A stretch of DNA of 64,000 bases from contig OZ320319.1 of NCBI GenBank assembly GCA_976226885.1, forward strand, positions 78,864,001 through 78,928,000, in the 5' to 3' direction. Below, piece after piece: positions 62,008-64,000 of the stretch; positions within the stretch are counted from its first letter, which is position 1; each line of letters begins with the position of its first letter. Source of the DNA: Iphione sp. A-MEVVRFRX5 (Eukaryota). Below the pieces are notes generated by a model. It was not told where the DNA came from and ran no database searches. It worked only from the letters and a program-made list of their open reading frames with translations. A program made the position numbers and the translations under genes.

Positions 62008-62500
62008 GAAGATCCTTAATGAATAAAGAGAACAGCAGGAGTCCTAATGTGGACCCCTGCAGGATTCCAAAGCTATCGTTTGGAATATTACCTTTCAGGT
62101 CCGAAGAATTTTTCTAAATCCAAATTAACTATTATTAAATTTTAGTGATGCATTCGAATCCAAGTAATCACATAATTGAACAGAGTCTAGTTTTTCAAGA
62201 ATCTTAAAGGGGAGTGGTAAAAGGGAAATAGGCCTGTACTTATCCTTTATTTTATGATTACCACTTTAAAACAAAAGGACAATCCCAGCTGTCTTCAAAT
62301 TGCCAGGTACTGTACTAGAACTAATAGTCAGGTTTAGCAGGTTAGTGAACTGATGTTTGTGAGCAAGTAACAGTTTAATCAAAATCTTTGTTGATAAATC
62401 AGGAACATAGAACCTGGTTTGTTTTATGATTTTGATAGTGCCAGTAGCATATCATCAATTCCATTTTTTTTCAAGACAAACATGATGTATGTATGTTTTC
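62008..62500 (-). pseudogene. LINE RT remnant hosting the Harbinger (continues left of 53076)
   Basis: WKTAGIVLLF and GILQGSTLGLLLFSLFIKDLP on the minus strand. Confidence 0.7.
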
Positions 62501-62709
62501 TTACATGACTGGTCATTAGTTTCTTTAAACTCAGGTATGGATATGGAATTTATGTACAGTCGATACTCCAAATCAAAATGATAGCCATTTCAGGTGATGT
62601 TTTTCGGATTTAGGAAAATTCAAATTTCAAATTGTGACCTAAGACCACTGTTTCACATGCTCTTCATAGTCTAAGTTGTGACCAGAAGTGTAACTACAAT
62701 ATTTCGGCA

Positions 62710-62890
62710 AAACTGAGGAAAATTCATCCCTAAATCGGAATATTAATCCAAAGCCATCCCAAAGCTGAGCAAAATTCATCCGAAAATTGGCCAAAGTGAG
62801 CTAAATTCTTCTGAAAAATGACAAAAATGACCCAAATTCATCTGAAAATCCACAGAAATGACCCACATTTGTCAAAAAGCAGGAAAATCT
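62710..62890 (+). repeat. Degenerate minisatellite, unit about 31 bp
   Basis: AAA.TGA(G/C)...AAATTCATC..AAAA recurs about 5 times. Confidence 0.6.
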
Positions 62891-64000
62891 GACAAATAAT
62901 TAATCTGAATATCATTCAGATTTCCTGCTGTAATCGTTCATTTATATAAGTATTTTAACAATGGAATACAGTTCGTCACAGTGAAAACTGTTTGGATTTG
63001 GGAACATTTGGTTTCTGATTGTTCAGTTTTGGGGTATTATAGAATTTATTCATATACATAGAAATGTAAAGAATATACTTGCCCAATTACATATAATTTT
63101 ACACTCTCCTATGTAATGTAGGTTGAATACAGATTATGGTCCTAAGAAGACACAGAAGTACTAAGTTAATATGAAGGGTGTATTCCTTACACGTATCAAA
63201 AGATATCAGTGGAGGGATTACTTTTTATTACTGTGCAAATCCACACTGTCTACAGTAGCCTTATCCATCAAAACACCAATTACCAATAAATGAGTCAGAA
63301 TGTTTTGTCATATCTCTTTGAGGCCCTTAGTAATTTGTAATATGTCACCAACCTTGAGATTTCAGTCCTAAAATTCCATTCTCTTACTGCCATATGTAGG
63401 ACATGTTTCACTCTATGATACCATTTTAACACCCATATATAAAGCACACATTCAATAAAATAGGTCAGTTGTTCCATAGTCATGCACAGCTAGGTCGGCT
63501 ATAGTGTGCATAGAAATCTAGGACAAATGTGGTATCACTTAATGCATCACAAACCACCAGTAATAATATCATTTGACAGGTAAATGTAGGTCAACATAAC
63601 TTATTCACCTGTAGCTTTTGATATAACAAAAAATACAGTGGAGTCTCTATTACTGACCTCTGCGATTTCCAATCAAAATGCCCAATGTGACCAGTTGAGG
63701 TTGGAACCAAAATTTTGCCTATACATAACCAATTTGATAGGGCTGAGATATTACCACACATTTCTTTCCTACAGAACCAGTTACATGTCATTGTGTTACA
63801 GCAACTACGCATCACATCTGAACAAATAGCATATCACTCTGTATCATAGTAAGTGTTCTCAATTGGAGTTCATGATTTAACTATACACTATGGACATTTA
63901 TTATATGATTTAGTACGTAGGTAATCACCTCGCAGTGGTACACTCATCACTACTCACTACATAAATGGGATATTACCACTCCACCACCGCTTGCAGCTTC

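Noticed and set aside
62556-63680. TACAGTCGA / TACAGTGGAG starts as Tc1/pogo MITE ends (also about 46047)
   Set aside because: No matching inverted partner could be identified.

Overview
Animal genomic DNA (spliceosomal introns, Pol II promoters; looks like a marine invertebrate, host not identifiable from sequence alone). The only clear host genes are two intronless-CDS EamA/SLC35G-like membrane transporter paralogs (8.3-9.3 kb and 44.7-45.7 kb, both minus). The rest is a nested pile of transposable elements. Three elements are near complete and each carries unusual cargo. (1) A 6.5-kb CR1/L2-group LINE (about 20.4-27.0 kb) whose ORF1 ends in a NADAR (YbiA-like) domain, with a decayed SGNH-like ORF between ORF1 and the APE-RT ORF2. 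(2) An 8.4-kb Ty3/Gypsy LTR element (27227-35651; 254-bp LTRs, tRNA-Leu PBS, 6-bp TSD) with an extra C2H2-finger/repeat ORF of about 960 codons behind an apparent internal Pol II promoter. (3) An intact-looking 8.9-kb PIF/Harbinger transposon (53079-62004; 16-bp TIRs, CAG TSD) with three spliced genes: DDE transposase, Myb/SANT protein and an unknown third gene. The hexamer TTACGA is dispersed across it about 40 times. Also present: older LINE, Gypsy and DIRS/Ngaro remnants, minisatellites and two compact orphan ORFs. All protein family calls are by-eye motif recognition and all counts are manual; no searches were run.
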